Virus record (IMG/VR): IMGVR_UViG_3300000095_000003 | Span: 1-57,005 of that record | Length of the DNA stretch: 57,005 nt | DNA from: a virus | Taxonomy: Duplodnaviria > Caudoviricetes | Strand: one strand, 5' to 3' | In this document: positions 56,501 to 57,005 of the stretch, piece by piece | How positions within the stretch are numbered: the first letter of the stretch is position 1 | Layout of the letters: every line of letters begins with the position of its first letter | Notes under the pieces: generated by a model | Told to the model about the DNA's origin: nothing | The model's database searches: none | What the model saw: the letters and a program-made list of their open reading frames with translations, nothing else | Translations under genes and position numbers: made by a program

Positions 56501-56923
56501 GATACTCAAAAAACTTATATGAGACAAATACTATCAGAAAAAGAGAAAGTAGTAAGTCAACTTAAATTACTTAACAGCACTGAAAATCTAGAAAACTTCT
56601 CTAAACTATATAGATCTGAAATAGCAAATAAAGTTAAGACTAATTATAAATATAGTCAAAATGTATGGAGTAATGCTGATATAACTAGATTAGACTCTAC
56701 TTATAAAGATGTTAGCAATGTTCTTACTATTAAAAAGTCCTATGAATCATATCTTTTAGAGCTAGATGAGATGTTAGATAAAATGAATAACTTTGAAAGA
56801 ACTATAGACTCTAACATTCAATTTTCTTTTAGTGATATAGAGAAAAAGAAATACTCAAGATCTATAGAATTAAATAAGCTGAATTCAATATCTAATAGAA
56901 GTAAGTGCTTACTTAAGAGATAA
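53585..56923 (+). CDS. large MuF/SPP1 gp7-like head morphogenesis protein with TM-like segment and long coiled coils
   Basis: RIAETEISLAYNLGRL, LCDYC, PPFHVSCWC; hydrophobic LVIAGVGLLGVGTAYYAY. Confidence 0.65.
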   Translation: MATVLKKKKSKSSLDINYVDKFVNSVENKLYNFNLMFLTPYKKELDNGDSSVLNKISKNFNLPTLIIKNALDELWNHHWILGQQDILSNEKNKRSNYSISSNELITFAIDPNQKIVDSTVEKRILKEQSIRVAALQKELNRKNLSQPDKNTIKANLDLISNELQQFLGSLGSRNITQDKKNKQFASIDVRVRDLQETIRTMELKLNESNAPNPNANGIDILNSTEFGTIYQNKRTLLLAQNYSEDYKKNVIKKIRDYFSNNEGVKPNNREQKLFNALTTRQEKENQEYYQKLLKDPDLKGEDRTALTAIEDFIDVIRDTKIVDGKKIQRPLNDKQIQTFATGISGYGNDAKVTPLITRLRKQTENSDLYKDLADQLIKSVEPYQANKKVARYQENVPKVKNVEDIRNLLKTIKEREVKNTLIDGQYKEGAWDSKAFNEQTKKYGKYKPIESIENAASNIFGIRRIKRIAETEISLAYNLGRLKKLEELGYKKVRVTNEAENRENRDSVLSLGELQKVKESYRINKAYRLPNSKSYMPILCDYCLGKNNTTFDIKLDKVYENPVNTSFNRYSPFPPFHVSCWCYFVGVDEGKKEPSLLSEVAETIKNTVVADSLSKENTSKTTFYDDPFIKKLVIAGVGLLGVGTAYYAYHKLIKNKVQLPLSLPKTNTKKINLLSTTKVANELAEENQQAALKSFVDNLDDTAMIEVAQNASKLPLSPVVKTASTDLISSVDLLLSTKAFILSNTTEATLNNLISDNPEYLSVLNNLLNSKRSYEDIRNQILSGKAKTNLDDIYIEYLESKQNYESQLRQYLQVTKDKKSSIADLNAQLNLSAKETLLANRQNLPEGTSLEAALENLKSRQAIESSKTQLKNIERNLNKELSSLENLQSKESKLVDSRLEGRDTRTRAEQLKNFDSKIPSVNKSSKNLDSVVSNINKIKQDLNDTRLNIDTIRSISKRRLDSSSITDRALLLDTQKTYMRQILSEKEKVVSQLKLLNSTENLENFSKLYRSEIANKVKTNYKYSQNVWSNADITRLDSTYKDVSNVLTIKKSYESYLLELDEMLDKMNNFERTIDSNIQFSFSDIEKKKYSRSIELNKLNSISNRSKCLLKR

Positions 56924-57005
56924 CCGATATTTAATAATTAAATCTACTATTAATTTTGTTTGTAATTTAAGATAATTGAGATAAGTATTAGTTTCTAAAG
57001 CTTTT

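Overview
AT-rich, gene-dense segment of a large dsDNA tailed phage. The host is probably a filamentous cyanobacterium, inferred from a cyanobacterial-type boxA, a YDAVLGG peptide motif and a cyanobacterial-style LRR protein. Positions 1-32.5 kb form one leftward early/accessory unit of mostly small genes: RNA ligase, GIY-YIG endonuclease, dNMP kinase, LRR protein, AAA+ ATPase, MoxR-VWA pair, an amber-interrupted methyltransferase, and several orphan antitoxin/immunity-like domains. Positions 32.8-57 kb hold a TerS-like gene, expanded paralog families, Nudix, SF2 helicase-like protein, GNAT-TIM-barrel fusion, ITPase, ClpP, metallophosphoesterase, TerL, HU-like and a large MuF-like protein. The most striking signal is non-coding. 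The leftward unit starts with a ~790 nt leader holding an rRNA-type boxA and a ~245 nt T-loop-containing structured RNA. Its intergenic spaces are filled by repeated structured RNAs: three miniature tRNA-like cloverleafs, five copies of an unnamed two-hairpin kissing-loop motif with a compensatory base change, three T-loop junction elements and one complete type II hammerhead ribozyme. All calls are from manual reading; no database searches or folding programs were run.
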